A stretch of 64,000 nucleotides of DNA from Scyliorhinus canicula (Eukaryota). Both the position numbers and the translations under genes were made by a program. Positions 62,301 to 64,000 of the stretch are shown here, piece by piece. How positions within the stretch are numbered: position 1 is the stretch's first letter; every line of letters begins with the position of its first letter. The DNA lies in assembly GCF_902713615.1 (NCBI RefSeq), contig NC_052154.1, positions 91,705,030 to 91,769,029 on the forward strand. Direction: 5' to 3'. Under the pieces are notes generated by a model. It did not search any database. It was not told the origin of the DNA and was given only the letters and a program-made list of their open reading frames with translations.

Positions 62301-62349
62301 TCTAAATCATTAATAGAATCCTGGGGGGGGTGGGGGGGGGGGGGGGGGG

Positions 62350-62670
62350 GCACGTCGGCACAGTGAGTAGCACCGCTGCCTCAGACCGCCAGGAACACAG
62401 GTTCAATTCCGACCTCGGGTGACTACGTGGAGTTTGCACTTTCTCTCCGTGTCTGCGTTGGTTTCCTGCGGGTGCTCCGCTTTCCTCCTGCTATCCACAA
62501 TGTGCAGGTTAGTTGGATTGGCCATGCTAAACTTTCCTTAATGTCCAAAGGTTAGATCAGATTACTGGAATTGGGTGGGGGAGTGAGCACAGGTAGGGTG
62601 CTCTTTTGGAGGGTTGGTGCAGATTATGTGGGCCAAATGGCCTGTTTTTGCACTGTCGGGGTTCTATCAT
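62350..62670 (+). mobile_element. SINE, degenerate
   Basis: gggcacgtcggcacagtgagtagcac head and family body. Confidence 0.75.
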
Positions 62671-62689
62671 TCACATCTACCCTAACTAT

Positions 62690-63370
62690 GCTCCTCATAA
62701 CATCATGCACTTCTATCAGGCCCCCTGCTCCAAGGAAAAGAGCACTAGCTTAGCCAATCTTTACTCGTAACTCGGAACCTCCAGCCCAGGCAGCATCCTG
62801 GTAATCATCTTCTGCACCCTCTCCAGTGAAATTGTATCCTTACTATAATGTGTGTACTAGAAATGCGTGCAGTTGTGGCATAACCCGCATTTCATGAAGT
62901 TCCAGCATGACGTCCCTGCTCTTGAATTCTTTGTGTCGGCTAATAAAGGCAAGTATCCCATGTACCTTCTTACCAACATTATTTACCTGCAGTCCCACCT
63001 TCAGGGACCTGTGGATGTGCAGTTCAAGGTCCTTTTGATCTTTAATAATTTCGAGGGTCCAGAGTTTAATCATTTGCTTTTCCAGCCCTCTCCAACTGCA
63101 TGACCTCACATTTTTCCAGATAGAATTCCATTTGCCACTCCTTTGCCAACATGACCTGTCCGTTCATTCCTCCTGCGTCTATGGTTATATATCTTACACT
63201 TTACCACCCTGTTAATTTTAATGTAATTCGCAGATCTGTCATCATACCATCCCCTCCCCATCCCCTAACTCAATGTACGTCACAAATAGCAAGGGCACCA
63301 AGCCCCACTTGAAACAAATTTCCAGTGTCAGAAACATAACTCCCCCATCAGCCCCTGCTTCCCTGCTTTG
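62690..63370 (-). mobile_element. Degenerate CR1 fragment
   Basis: QKDLELHIHRSLKVGLQV...GILAFISR..EFKSRDVML. Confidence 0.75.
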
Positions 63371-63371
63371 T

Positions 63372-63712
63372 GGGCAGCACGGTAGCACAAGTGGATCACA
63401 CTGTGGCTTCACAGCGCTAGGGTCCCAGGTTCAATTCCCCGCTGGGTTACTGTCTGTGCAGAGTCTGCATGTTCTCCCCGTGTCTGCGTGGGTTTCCTCT
63501 GGGTGCTCCGGTTTCCTCCCACAGTCCAAAGACGTGCAGGTTAGGTGGATTGGCCATGCTAAATTGCCATTAGTGTCCTAATAAATAAGGTTAATGGGGG
63601 TTGTTGGGTTAGTGGTATCGGGTGAATACGTGGGCTTGAGTAGGGTGATCATTGCTCGGCACAACATTGAGGGCCGAAGGGCCTGTTCTGTGCTGTACTC
63701 TTCTTTGTTCTA
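63372..63712 (+). mobile_element. SINE
   Basis: gggcagcacggtagcacaagtgg head to gagggccgaagggcctgttctgtgctgtac tail. Confidence 0.9.
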
Positions 63713-63958
63713 TAAAATGTCAAGGACGTCAGTCGCATGGAACCAGACGGACCCCCAACTTTCCTCCACGTGAGGCGTCATTCTGAGGTGGTTATATATT
63801 ACCGTTCGGGATGAAACTCCAGGGAATTTAGATATGATAGTAATTAGCTTGCACATTCAAACCATGGACTGCTGCCTTCCATTACTTTACTTATATATTC
63901 TCTGACATTCACCTGCATAATGTTACACAGGCCCATTCCCCCCTCTATTTCCACTTAC

Positions 63959-64000
63959 CATGTACAATAAGCTCAGTCCCATTGCCATTGGAAACCTTTC
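63959..64000 (-). CDS. 3' end of Ig V-type exon with J-like G-strand (xKVSNGNGTELIVH), SIRP-alpha-like receptor; exon continues beyond window
   Basis: Minus strand reads ga aag gtt tcc aat ggc aat ggg act gag ctt att gta cat g|GTAAGT. It shows a GxGT-x-L-x-V motif and a consensus phase-1 donor. G+TG joins in frame to the C1 exon, giving ...ELIVH-V-PPTP. Only 42 nt are visible. Confidence 0.75.

Noticed and set aside
55319-64000. TCR or Ig light-chain J-C locus
   Set aside because: The J-like motif lacks F/W-G-x-G, and no other J segments or RSS were seen in the 8.4-kb intron. The in-phase downstream exons give an uncharged TM with ITIM/ITSM motifs, unlike TCR/Ig.
1-64000. CRISPR arrays, operons, functional tRNA/rRNA genes
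   Set aside because: The sequence is eukaryotic. The tRNA-like A/B boxes all belong to SINE heads, and recurring short repeats are SINE/LINE tails.

Overview
Vertebrate genomic DNA, most likely elasmobranch (shark); this is inferred from HE1/V-SINE-type tRNA-derived SINEs sharing tails with CR1 LINEs. The window is mostly retroelements: CR1, Rex1/Babar, L1, RTE, Penelope-like elements and one degenerate two-LTR endogenous retrovirus with an env remnant. The ORF track misses a multi-exon minus-strand immunoglobulin-superfamily receptor, which I reconstructed by hand from splice sites and phases. Its exons are: the end of a V exon with a J-like GNGT motif (63959-64000, truncated by the window edge), an Ig C1 exon (55319-55600), an uncharged TM exon (36335-36451), and three cytoplasmic exons (35329-35372, 30835-30945, 30547-30696). 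The tail carries four tyrosine motifs (PIYADI, TEYAQI, LIYASL, VEYAVV), a SIRP-alpha-like inhibitory layout. The TM+cytoplasmic half, with about 10 kb of downstream flank, is duplicated (about 4390-18096 vs 20750-37059). The duplicate has open frames and intact splice sites but no ectodomain exon of its own. A third, truncated TM exon (18093-18181) has an Arg inside the hydrophobic stretch and stops immediately after it. One ectodomain therefore sits upstream of three in-phase alternative membrane/signalling modules. Exon coordinates were counted by hand; transposon boundaries are approximate and no database searches were run.
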